Below, one piece after another: positions 12,040 through 25,625 of a stretch of 64,000 bases of DNA. Where the stretch lies: positions 205,034,001-205,098,000 of the forward strand of contig NC_042998.1 of NCBI RefSeq assembly GCF_006345805.1, given 5' to 3'. Under the pieces are notes generated by a model, which saw only the letters and a program-made list of their open reading frames with translations, was not told the origin of the DNA and searched no databases. Source of the DNA: Octopus sinensis (lineage: Eukaryota). Position 1 is the stretch's first letter, and each line of letters opens with the position of its first letter. The translations under genes and the position numbers were made by a program.

Positions 12040-13310
12040 TCTCTTGTACACAGTTTTCCTGTTGCAAAAATCTTGTGCAATGTCACCTGATGACTACAAA
12101 GGTAACTGGGTCCTTTGCAGCTCCAGATTTTGGAAGGATTTGCATTGGCAGCACCACATTTGTTTTTTGTTAGCCGTCCTCTGCTGTGTTAGGTTGAATT
12201 TCATGCTTTCAGGAATTTTTTCGCATCAAATTTGTCTTGGCATCATTGGATGCAAATGTGTTTTTTGGCTGAACTTTTCCTCTGTCAGCATCTCTTTTCT
12301 TCCTTTACAGATCGGGACAAGGTTTTGTTTTAAGAGATGTTTACACTTTAGCGCCTCTCCAACCTAAATAGAGATCTTTTGGGGGTTGGTAGATTTTACT
12401 ATTTTTGCAGAGAAATTTTGTATGAAAAGACAACCATTTTGTTGGAATACCTTCACAGACCTTTGCTCCTTCAGCACCTCATTTTGTTGTTGTTGTTTTT
12501 TTCCTGTTGAAATTCTTTATTTTGTAATCAGACAATTAAATTTTGATGTGTTAGATATGTTTAGCAAAAATATCTGTGTTAAATTTACAGTTTTCACAAA
12601 CTTTTGCAGTTTTAGCATCACCTTTGCCATTTTATTAGACCTTTGCTGTGTTATGTGAAGGTTTTGTGAGTAAAGAACTTGCATTTTAGCAGATATTTTC
12701 CCAGTTTCTGATACATTTTTTCAGATAAAATACTTTTAACAATGGCAAATTTTGTTTGTGTTGCACGTCTGTTTCTCTTTCGCACAACTTTGTTCTGTTA
12801 ACAAAATGGTTCTCAGTGGACCACTTTTGGATAAGCGGAACTTTGTTGTGCTGAAAGAACCATTTGTTTCATTAGCACCTCTTTTAATTTAAAGTGATTT
12901 ACTGTGTTATCAGAGCTTCATTGTGTTGGCCAAAAATGTTTGCTAAATGACGGTGTTTGGTCGACAAACTTTTATATCATTATCACACCTTTTCTGTTAG
13001 CCTGTTAGTACCTGCTTGGCTTCGTTAGCAGATCTTTGCTGAGTTAGATTAATTTTTTGTGTTTAAAGACCTTAGTCTTGTTTGCAGATATTCTCTGCAT
13101 TTCACCTCCATTTTCCTCTTAAGAGAACCTTTTTTTCTGCTCCTTGTCCTCCCCACAGTTAGCGCCCCCTTTCGTTTCTTAGCAACCATTTGCTCTGTTA
13201 ATTAAAAACCTATTTGTGGAAAGAACTTTGCTTTTTAGCAGACAATTGTATAATTTGCAGACCTTTTTTTTCTTCTTTGTTTGTAGACTTTGCTCTCTTA
13301 GCACCTCCTC
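12040..13310. repeat. Highly degenerate ~19-bp tandem repeat (consensus approx. TTAGCAGACCTTTGCTGTG)
   Basis: Recurrent AGACCTTTGCT / TTAGCAGA fragments near 12455, 12635, 13025, 13235 and 13283. Confidence 0.55.
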
Positions 13311-13504
13311 CTTTCTTTTGGTGTGTGTATGCACGTATTTGTGTGTGCATCAGTGTGTGTGTGTATGTGAGTGCATATGTATGTGACACTATGACACTAC
13401 AAGTGACCAGTCCACACAAATGGTTTAATGTCTGACCCTGTCCTTTCTAAAACAGTTTAGTCTGGTATAAATTTGTGGTTACACACACACACACACACAC
13501 AGAG

Positions 13505-13765
13505 ACATATATTTCTTTACTGCCCGCTAGGGACTAAACATAGAAGGGACAAACAAGGACAGACAAAGGGATTAAGTCGATTACATCGACCCCAGTGTGA
13601 AACTGGTACTTTATTTATCAACCCCGAAAGGATGAAAGGCAAAGTCGACCTCGGCGGAATTTGAACTCAGAATGAAACGACAGACTAAAGACGAAATAAA
13701 CGTAAAGACAGACAAATACTGCTAAGCATTTCACCAGGCGTGCTAACGTTTCTGCCATCTCGCCT
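13505..13765 (-). mobile_element. SINE family A
   Basis: GGATGAAAGGCAAAGTCGACCTCGGCGGAATTTGAACTCAGAA. Confidence 0.88.
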
Positions 13766-14594
13766 TATATATATATATATATATGTACATACACACCTAT
13801 GTGGCTTATATATATATATACACGCTCACACCTATACTGTGGATATATTATAAGAAATCCGTAATACTGTGGTATTCACTTTGAGAGGATATGTTCTGAT
13901 AGCATTATCTCCTTTAAGATATACAGATTAACATTCGGAACTAATTATGCTCCAGTTGCTAATAACGAATACCCCACCCCCACCCCGCCCCGACACACAC
14001 ACACATTTGAACAGATCGATATTAGCATAAAACTTTAAAATCCTGCTGTTTCTTTTGTAAGATGTTCCATAATTAACCCCGTTTTAGCTGCCATGTTCAC
14101 TGATTTGTTTCCTGAGAAGTCTTTGATGAAAACTGATAAATTACCAAGATTCACCGATTCCTTTCTACTAAATCCGCCTTGATATGGCTGTGATAAAATA
14201 GAAACAGGATGGTCAGGTTAACCTACTCTCTCCTCACAAACTTGCCTGGCCATCAAGAATATTATAAATGCAGCGCTGAGGTGAGGTAGGTGGACAGAAT
14301 TGTTGAGGTTGGCAAAAAACTCATTATAACAACTATTTATATATTTTACAAATGTACAAGTGAATTAAATTTTACTGAAAAGCATATTTGCTAGCAATTT
14401 ATAAGATAGAAATAATGTTTTAGTTAACACTGATGTGTGAGGTAGTTATTATGATATCTATATTATGTTAAGGTGATACTCCAGTATGGCCACAGCCCTA
14501 CAATTGAAGACCCTAAAATAATGATAGAATAGTTATTAGAAAAAGAATAAGGCAGGTAATTATAGCGACTGATGTTTGCATGTATATAGATATG

Positions 14595-14595
14595 A

Positions 14596-14626
<31 letters not shown>

Positions 14627-16114
14627 TGTGTGTATGTATGTCTGTATGTATGTCTGTATGTATGTATGTGTGTATGTATGTCTGTATGTATGTCTGTATG
14701 TATGTATGTATGTATGTATGTGTGTATGTATGTCTGTATGTATGTATGTATGTATGTATGTATGTATGTATGTATGTATGTCTGTATGTATGTATGTATG
14801 TATGTATGTATGTATGTATGTATGTATGTATGTGTATGTGTATGTATGTCTGTATGTAGTATGTATGTATGTTATGTATGTATGTAGTGTATGTATGTAT
14901 GTATGTATGTATGTTGTATGTCTGTATGTAGTAGTATGTATGTATGTATGTATGTATGGTGTATGTATGTATGTAGTGTATGTATGTATGTATGTATGTA
15001 TGTATGTATGTTGTATGTATGTCTGTATGTATGTATGTTATGTATGTATGTTGGTATGTATGTATGTGTATGTTGTATGTATGTATGTATGTATGTATGT
15101 ATGTATGGTATGTATGTATGTTGTTGTATGTATGTATGTATGTATGTATGTATGTATGTATGTATGTATGTATGTAGGTGTATGTATGTATGTATGTATG
15201 TATGTATGTCTGTATGTATGTATGTATGTATGTTGTATGTATGTATGTGTGTATGTATGTATGTAGGTATGTATGTCTGTATGTATGTATGTATGTATGT
15301 ATGTATGTATGTATGTATGGTATGTATGATGTATGTATGTTTGTATGTATGTGGTATGTATGTATGTTGTGTATGTATGTATGTTTGTATGTATGTATGT
15401 ATGTATGTATGTATGTATGTTGTATGTATGTATGTTGTATGTATGTTTGTATGTATGTATGTATGTATGTATGTATGTATGTATGTATGTATGTATGTAT
15501 GTATGTATGTATGTATGTTTGTATGTTGTATGTATGTATGTATGGTGTATGTATGTATGTATGTAGTGTATGTATGTATGTTTGTATGTATGTATGTATG
15601 TATGTGTATGTATGTATGTATGTATGTATGTATGTATGTATGTTATGTAGTATGTATGATGTATGTATGTTGTTGTAGTATGTATGTATGTTGTATGTAT
15701 GTATGTATGTATGTTATGTATGTATGTTGTATGTCTGTATGTATGTATGTATGTCTGTCTGTATGTATGTATGTATGTATGTCTGTCTGTATGTATGTAT
15801 GTATGTATGTATGTCTGTCTGTATGTATGTATGTCTGTCTGTCTGTATGTATGTATGTATGTCTGTCTGTCTGTCTGCATGCATGCATGCATGTATGCAT
15901 GCATGTCTGTCTGTATGTATGTATGTATGTATGTGTGTGTGTATGTATATATGTATGTATGTATGTATGTTGTGTGTATGTATGTATGTATGTATGTATG
16001 TATGTATGTATGTATGTATGTATGTATGTCTGTCTGTCTGTATGTATGTATGTCTGTCTGTCTGTCTGTCTGTATGTATGTATGTCTGTCTGTCTGTATG
16101 TATGTATGTATGTA

Positions 16115-16145
<31 letters not shown>

Positions 16146-16959
16146 ATGTATGTATGTATGTCTGTCTGTCTGTATGTATGTATGTATGTCTGTCTGTCTG
16201 TCTGTATGTATGTATGTATGTATGTATGTCTGTCTGTCTGTCTGTCTGTATGTATGTATGTATGTATGTATGTCTGTCTGTCTGTCTGTATGTATGTATG
16301 TATGTATGTCTGTCTGTATGTATGTATGTATGTCTGTCTGTCTGTCTGTATGTATGTATGTCTGTCTCTCTGTCTGTATGTATGTATGTATGTCTGTCTG
16401 TCTGTCTGTATGTATGTATGTATGTATGTCTGTCTGTATGTATGTATGTCTGTCTGTCTGTCTGTCTGTATGTATGTATGTCTGTCTGTCTGTCTGTATG
16501 TATGTATGTATGTCTGTCTGTCTGTATGTATGTATGTATGTATGTCTGTCTGTATGTATGTATGTCTGTCTGTCTGTCTGTCTGTATGTATGTATGTATG
16601 TATGTATGTATGTATGTATGTATGTCTGTCTGTATGCATGCATGCATGCCTGTCTGTATGTATGTATGTATGTATGTATGTATGTATGTATGTATGTATG
16701 TATGTCTGTCTGTCTGTCTGTATGTATGTATGTATGTCTGTCTGTCTGTATGTATGTATGTATGTATGTATGTATGTATGTATGTATGTATGTCTGTCTG
16801 TATGCATGCATGCATGCATGTCTGTATGTATGTATGTATGTATGTATGTCTGTCTGTATGTATGTATGTCTGTCTGTCTGTATGTATGTATGTCTGTCTG
16901 TATGTATGTATGTATGTATGTATGTATGTATGTATGTATGTATGTCTGTCTGTATGTAA

Positions 16960-16993
<34 letters not shown>

Positions 16994-17074
16994 ATGTATG
17001 TATGTATGTATGTATGTATGTATGTATGTCTGTCTGTCTGTATGTATGTATGTCTGTCTGTCTGTCTGTATGTA

Positions 17075-17113
<39 letters not shown>

Positions 17114-17254
17114 ATGTATGTATGTCTGTCTGTCTGTCTGTCTGTATGTATGTATGTATGTATGTATGTATGTATGTATGTATGTATGAATGTATGTATG
17201 TCTGTCTGTCTGTCTGTATGTATGTATGTATGTATGTCTGTCTGTATGTATGTA

Positions 17255-17285
<31 letters not shown>

Positions 17286-17630
17286 ATGTATGTATGTATG
17301 TATGTCTGTCTGTCTGTCTGTATGTATGTATGTATGTCTGTCTGTCTGTCTGTATGTATGTATGTATGTCTGTCTGTCTGTATGTATGTATGTATGTATG
17401 TCTGTCTGTATGTATGTCTGTCTGTCTGTCTGTCTGTCTGTATGTATGTATGTATGTATGTATGTATGTATGTATGTATGTCTGTCTGTATGTATGTATG
17501 TATGTCTGTCTGTCTGTCTGTATGTATGTATGTATGTATGTATGTATGTATGTATGTATGTATGTCTGTCTGTCTGTATGTATGTATGTATGTATGTGTG
17601 TATGCATGTATGTATGTATGTATGTATGTA

Positions 17631-17677
<47 letters not shown>

Positions 17678-18030
17678 ATGTATGTATGTATGTATGTATG
17701 TATGTATGTATGTATGTATGTATGTATGTCTGTCTGTCTGTATGTATGTATGTATGTATGTATGTATGTATGTATGTATGTATGTATGTATGTATGTATG
17801 TATGTATGTATGTATGTATGTATGTATGTATGTCTGTCTGTCTGTCTGTCTGTATGTATGTATGTCTGTCTGTCTGTCTGTCTGTATGTATGTATGTATG
17901 TATGTATGTATGTATGTATGTATGTATGTATGTCTGTCTGTATGTATGTATGTATGTATGTATGTATGTATGTATGTCTGTATGTATGTATGTATGTATG
18001 TATGTATGTATGTATGTATGTATGTATGTA

Positions 18031-18069
<39 letters not shown>

Positions 18070-18074
18070 ATGTA

Positions 18075-18105
<31 letters not shown>

Positions 18106-19169
18106 ATGTATGTATGTATGTATGTATGTATGTATGTATGTATGTCTGTCTGTCTGTATGTATGTATGTCTGTCTGTCTGTATGTATGTATGTATGTATG
18201 TCTGTCTGTCTGTATGTATGTATGTATGTCTGTCTGTCTGTCTGTATGTATGTATGTATGTATGTATGTATGTATGTATGTATGTATGTATGTCTGTCTG
18301 TCTGTATGTATGTATGTATGTACGTACGTACGTACGTACGTATGTCTGTCTGTATGTATGTATGTATGTATGTATGTATGTCTGTCTGTCTGTCTGTCTG
18401 TATGTATGTATGTATGTATGTATGTATGTATGTATGTATGTATGTATGTATGTCTGTCTGTCTGTATGTATGTATGTCTGTCTGTCTGTCTGTATGTATG
18501 TATGTATGTCTGTCTGTCTGTACGTACGTACGTCTGTCTGTATGTATGTATGTATGTATGTCTGTCTGTATGTATGTATGTCTGTCTGTCTGTATGTATG
18601 TATGTATGTATGTATGTATGTATGTATGTATGTATGTATGTATGTATGTCTGTCTGTCTGTATGTATGTATGTATGTCTGTCTGTCTGTATGTATGTCTG
18701 TCTGTCTGTCTGTATGTATGTATGTATGTCTGTCTGTCTGTACGTACGTACGTACGTACGTACGTACGTATGTTTGTATGTATGTATGTATGTATGTATG
18801 TATGTATGTATGTCTGTCTGTCTGTCTGTATGTATGTATGTATGAATGTATGTATGTGTATGTGTATGTATGTATGTATGTATGTCGTCTGTCTGTCTGT
18901 CGTCTGTCTGTATGTATGTTGTATGTATGTATGTATGTGTATGTATGTATGTATGTATGTATGTATGTATGTATGTCTGTCTGTATGTATGTATGTATGT
19001 ATGTATGTCTGTCTGTCTGTCTGTATGTATGTATGTATGAATGTATGTATGTATGTATGTATGTATGTATGTATGTATGTCTGTCTGTCTGTCTGTCTGT
19101 CTGTATGTATGTATGTATGTATGTATGTATGTATGTATGTATGTAGGTATGTCTGTCTGTCTGTATGTA

Positions 19170-19236
<67 letters not shown>

Positions 19237-19361
19237 ATGTATGTATGTATGTATGTATGTCTGTCTGTCTGTCTGTCTGTATGTATGTATGTATGTATGT
19301 ATGTATGTATGTCTGTCTGTCTGTCTGTATGTATGTATGTATGTATGTATGTATGTCTGTC

Positions 19362-19396
<35 letters not shown>

Positions 19397-20183
19397 ATGT
19401 CTGTCTGTCTGTATGTATGTATGTCTGTCTGTCTGTATGTATGTATGTATGTGTGTATGTATGTATGTGTACGTATGTATGTATGTATGTATGTATGTAT
19501 GTATGTCTGTCTGTCTGTATGTATCTATGTCTGTCTGTCTGTCTGTCTGTATGTATGTCTGTCTGTCTGTCTGTATGTATGTATGTATGTCTGTCTGTCT
19601 GTATGTATGTATGTATGTCTGTCTGTCTGTATGTATGTATGTATGTATGTATGTATGTATGTATGTCTGTCTGTCTGTCTGTCTGTATGTATGTATGTAT
19701 GTATGTATGTATGTATGTCTGTCTGTCTGTCTGTCTGTATGTATGTATGTATGTATGTATGTATGTATGTATGTATGTATGTATGTCTGTCTGTCTGTCT
19801 GTCTGATGTATGTATGTATGATGTATGTATGTATGTATGTATGTATGTAGTCTGTTGTCTGTATGTATGTATGTATGTATGTATGTATGTTGTATGTATG
19901 TATGTATGTATGTATGTATGTATGTATGTATGTACGTATGTATGTATGTATGTATGTATGTATGTATGTATGTATGTCTGTCTGTATGTATGTATGTCTG
20001 TCTGTCTGTATGTATGAATGTCTGTCTGTCTGTATGTATGTATGTATGTATGTATGTATGTATGTATGTATGTATGTATGTATGTATGTCTGTCTGTCTG
20101 TATGTATGTATGTATGTATGTATGTATGTATGTATGTATGTTCTGTCTGTCTGTATGTATGTATGTATGTATGTATGTATGTA

Positions 20184-20218
<35 letters not shown>

Positions 20219-20759
20219 ATGTATGTATGTATGTATGTATGTATGTATGTATGTATGTATGTATGTATGTCTGTCTGTCTGTCTGTATGTATGTATGTAT
20301 GTATGTATGTATGTATGTATGTATGTATGTATGTATGTGTATGTATGTATGTCTGTCTGTCTGTCTGTATGTATGTATGTATGTATGTATGTATGTATGT
20401 ATGTATGAATGTATGTATGTATGTATGTATGTATGTATGTTTGTATGTATGTATGTATGTGTGTATGTATGTATGTATGTATGTATGATGTATGTATGAT
20501 GTATGTATGTATGTATGTATGTATGTATGTATGTATGTATGTATGTATGTATGTATGTATGTATGTATGTGTGTATGTATGTATGTAGTATGTATGTAGT
20601 ATGTATGTATGTATGTTTGTATGTATGTATGTATGTATTGTATGTATGTATGTATGATGTATGTATGTATGTATGTAGTATGTATGTGTATGTTGTATGT
20701 ATGTATGTATGTATGTATGTATGTTTGTATGTATGTATGTATGTGTGTATGTATGTATG

Positions 20760-20791
<32 letters not shown>

Positions 20792-22655
20792 TGTTTGTAT
20801 GTATGAATGTATGTATGTAAGTATGTATGTATGTATGTATGTATGTATGAATGTATGTATGTATGTATGTATGTTTGTATGTATGTATGTATGTGTGTAT
20901 GTATGTATGTATGTATGTATGTATGTATGTATGTATGTATGTATGTATGTATGTATGTATGTATGTATGTATGTATGTATGTATGTATATATGTATGTCT
21001 GTCTGTTTGTCTGTATGTATGTATGTATGTATGTATGTATGTATGTATGTATGTATGTATGTATGTACGTACGTACGTACGTATGTATGTATGTATGTAT
21101 GTATGTCTGTCTGTATGTATGTATGTCTGTCTGTCTGTATGTATGAATGTCTGTCTGTCTGTCTGTATGTATGTATGTGTATGTATGTATGTATGTATGT
21201 ATGTATGTATGTATGTATGTATGTATGTCTGTCTGTCTGTCTGTCTGTCTGTATGTATGTATGTATGTATGTATGTATGTATGTATGTATGTCTGTCTGT
21301 ATGTATGTATGTATGTATGTATGTATGTATGTATGTCTGTCTGTCTGTCTGTCTGTATGTATGTATGTATGTATGTATGTATGTATGTATGTATGTATGT
21401 ATGTATGTATGTATGTCTGTCTGTCTGTATGAATGTATGTATGTATGTATGTATGTATGTATGTATGTATGTATGTATGTATGTATGTATGTATGTATGT
21501 TGTATGTATGTATGTCTGTCGTCTGTATGTATGTATGTATGTATGTATGTATGTATGTATGAATGTATGTATGTATGTATGTATGTATGTATGTATGTAT
21601 GTTTGTATGTATGTATGTATGTGTGTATGTATGTATGTATGTATGTATGTATGTATGTATGAATGTATGTATGTATGTATGTATGTATGTATGTATGTAT
21701 GTATGTTTGTATGTATGTATGTATGTGTGTATGTATGTATGTATGTATGTATGTATGTATGTATGTATGTTTGTATGTATGAATGTATGTATGTATGTAT
21801 GTATGTATGTATGTATGTATGTATGTATGTTTGTATGTATGAATGTATGTATGTATGTATGTATGTATGTATGTATGTATGTATGTATGTATGTATGTAT
21901 GTTTGTATGTATGTATGTGTGTGTATGTATGTATGTATGTATGTATGTATGTATGTATGTATGTATGTATGTATGTATGTATGTATGTATGTAGTATGTG
22001 TGTATGTATGTATGTATGTATGTATGTATGTATGTATGTAGTATGTATGGTTGTATGTATGTATGTATGTGTGTATGTATGTATGTATGTATGTATGTAG
22101 TATGTATGTATGTATGTATGATGTATGTATGTATGTATGTATGTATGTATGTATGTTTGTATGTATGTATGTATGGTGTATGTATGTATGTATGTATGTA
22201 TGTTGTATGTATGATGTATGTTTGTATGTATGTATGTATGTGTGTATGCATGTTGTATGTATGTATGTATGTTTGTATGTATTATGATGTATGTATGTAT
22301 GTATGTATGTATGTATGTATGTGTATGTATGTATGTAGTATGTATGTATGTATGTAGTATGTATGTGCAAATTGTGTTTTGTATGTTTGTATGCATTCTG
22401 TATGTAGTTGCTTATGTTATATATATTTAATTATGAACTTCTGGAAAGTTTTGCGTATTTTTACAGTTCAGTTGATGGTTTGGATCTGTAGTCTTCAAAT
22501 TAGCTTTCTCCTTTCTGGTTTGAGAAGCCTAATTTATTAAAATTGGTATGTATGTATATATGTATGCATTTATATATGTATGTATGCATTTATGTATGTA
22601 TGTATGTATGTATGTATGTATGTATGTATGTATGTATGTATGTATGTATGTTATG
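14595..22655. repeat. ~8-kb compound (TATG/TCTG)n tetranucleotide array, with a short non-repetitive island at ~22370-22545
   Basis: Direct reading; domains dominated by TCTG, TGCA, TACG, GAAT and TTTG variants. Confidence 0.98.
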
Positions 22656-23055
22656 TCAGGTCACTTTCGTGTGCTACTGGTAACATGTAACCCAGTACAA
22701 CCTGTTACACGGTCGGGTCGTTGGCGACTAAACCGGCACCCCCACCAGGCTTGCTTGGTGAGGAGGGTGTTTATTGGACACCCTGCGGGATGAAAAACAA
22801 AACCCGTCAAATGGCGGAGGAACTCTTGAGAGTCAACGGCCATCCAATAAATGTGTATTTTCTCTTAAGGCTTAAGGCTGTATCATGCACGGGGACATAG
22901 AAATAATTGGACTGAATACCCGATCGCGCAGTTAAACCATTGGGAGTGAAGGACTCCTAGCCTTTGTTAGGGCATCCTTCTAGGAGAAGGTAACTCAGGT
23001 AACTGGGATAACTCCGACATAAAACCTGCGGCTCAGTGGTTACCGATGATGTTGA
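22655..23055 (+). mobile_element. Dispersed 5'-module repeat (RTE 5'UTR-like); related copies at 41155-41345 and 50018-50220
   Basis: TCAGGTC.CT.TCG.GTGCTACTGGTA.CATGTA.CCCAGTACAAC...GGCGACTAAAC.GGCA.CCCCACCAG.CTTGCTTGGTGAGG is shared. Confidence 0.7.
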
Positions 23056-24389
23056 CTTGTTCTTCTTTTCGGATTATGGCTGCTGTTGCTTAGTGAGTGG
23101 GGTTGACTCAGTGCACAGCCTTTCCTCACTTTAAAAAAATCTTCTTGCACAGGCATTGCATGATAACAACATTGATTAAGCTTCGTGCAATGGCCATACT
23201 CGATAACAAGGGGGCAGCTACCATGTATGTATGTATGTATGCATTTATGTATGTATGTATGTATGTACATATTTATGTACGTATGCATGTATGTATGTAT
23301 GCATGTCTGCATTACAGCACAAGATTGATTACTCTTTGCCAAATATGGTCTACAAAAACATGTATACCCAAAACCAAATAGAAGGAATCGGGAACACATT
23401 ACTTGGAACCAAATGACAGAGTTCCACGAGGCATTTAGAGAGGTTCTCATTTAAGGTTCAACACTCTGGCATTCCATAACCATGAACAAAGTTTCTAGAA
23501 CCTTCAGAAATATAATTTGGCAGGAGTTTATTGAAGTTTTCTTTAAAGTCTACGACTCTCGCAGGGTCCATTCCAGCTGACAGTGATTGGTTGATGGCGT
23601 CCGAGTCTCCTTTTTTGGCTCATCTTAATCTGTGATCAAATGGTTGAATGTAACTTTGATTATTCTAAGCCCCACCCCTATTTCCCTTCGATACGAAGAC
23701 CATCCAATGTTGATCGCCTACCCTACCATCTTGCATCAGTGAAATCTTTCAACAAGGGAGCCTCTACGTAGTCACATGACCTGCTAGAAACAGCTGCCAA
23801 ATTCCTCATATCTCACTCTATTATTTTGGGAGAAAAAGCACTTTAAACAACGTAGTTCCACATCTACTAAATATGAAACCCATAATAATAGATGAGCTGG
23901 ACATTGATGGAATGTCTTTTAACCTCTAGATTTCCTCGGTCAGAACTGACCTAGTGCTAAGCAACAACAACAACAACAACAACGAGGGCGATGATGACCA
24001 TAACAAACAGCAACAACTTCCTTTCTTCTTTACTGTTACAATAAAATGTGAGATGGCTGAGTGGGATAAGAGATTAGACTACCTACCCATATGTTGAGGG
24101 TTCAAGCCCTCCATAAGTTATTGGTTGTGTTTCTGGACAGAAGACATTGTTGTCCATCACTTTCGATCATAAATCTGCCAAGAATAATTACAAGAATAAT
24201 TACAAGAATAATTACGAATTTGTACTGGAATTGGCAGAGAACTTTACCTGTGATTGACAGGTATCCTATACAGGAGAATGTTTATATTTCATCCACTTAA
24301 TAAAGAGAAAGATTAAGTCCCTTGGGGTGTTTCTAAGATATTTTTGCATTACATCACACGTTTATCTTCTCCATTCACTATTCCTGGGG

Positions 24390-24790
24390 TGGGGGGGGAC
24401 TGTAGAGGTTGGTCCCCCAGGCATTTCTTTCATAGGATCCTATTACAATCAACCACCATTGTACTTTCTGGCTGGAGTCCTAAGCACGGTCAACTGAGAC
24501 TTTGGACGTTATCCAACCATCTCATTCTTTGTCTCCTGCCGATTCGCTCCGTTTGAAGAATCTTTCTTGTGATTCTTTCCTTTGACATCCTAATCACATG
24601 TTTGTAGTACCAGAACTGTGACCGAGAAGCAAGAGCGGGATGTGGAGAGACCCCTTGATCTCCCAGCTACACACCCTGTCGAGTAACGTTGCTCCAGAGA
24701 TTCTTTGAAGGAACCCCCTTTTGACTGTTTAGACAATATTCTTTTCTGAGCAAACAAACTCCTTCTTGTGGTCTCTGGAATTGTCCATTA
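24390..24790 (-). mobile_element. RTE LINE C-terminal fragment
   Basis: Minus strand reads HVIRMSKERITRKILQ..GRRQRMRWLDNV, similar to the RTE C-terminus. Confidence 0.7.
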
Positions 24791-25079
24791 ACCTTGTTCC
24801 TTCTATTAACCTTGCACTTATCATCCACTTTCTCAAATCTCAGAAATACTTCTTTGAATTTGAGAAAGTGGATTTGCCAAACATTGCAAAAAAAAATAAT
24901 AAATAAATAAATAAAAAAGAGAGAAAAGAAGAATCCAAGCATATATGGCAATGAAATCAAAGACGAAATTCTGGTGATGTATCTTCACTAAAAGTATGTT
25001 ACTATGACAACGTTTCAAGAAAAATATTAAAAAATCTTTTGTAGTTTTATAATGTCTTTGATGCTATTAGTAGGCTTAG

Positions 25080-25133
25080 GTGTGTGTGTGTGTGTGTGTG
25101 TGTATACATGCATGTATGTGTGTGCGTATGTAT

Positions 25134-25198
<65 letters not shown>

Positions 25199-25590
25199 AT
25201 TATATATACCTATATGCATATATAGTGTGTGTGTATGTATATACATGCATGTATGTGTGTGTGCGTATGTATATATATATATATAATATATATATCTATA
25301 TGCATATATAAGTGTGTGTGTGTGTATGTATATAATGCATGTATGTGTGTGTGTGCGTATGTATATATATATATATAATTATATATACCTATATGCATAT
25401 ATAAGTGTGTGTGTGTATGTATATACATGCATGTATGTGTGTGTTGCGTATGTATATATATATATATATAATTATATATATCTATATGCATATATAAGTG
25501 TGTGTGTGTGTATGTATATAATGCATGTATGTGTGTGTGCGCGTATGTATATATATATATATAATTATATATACCTATATGCATATATAA

Positions 25591-25623
<33 letters not shown>

Positions 25624-25625
25624 CT
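25080..25625. repeat. ~90-bp minisatellite built from GT/AT dinucleotide runs, alternating A/B units
   Basis: TATATGCATATATA(A)GTG anchors at ~25211, 25297, 25390, 25483 and 25576. Confidence 0.85.
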
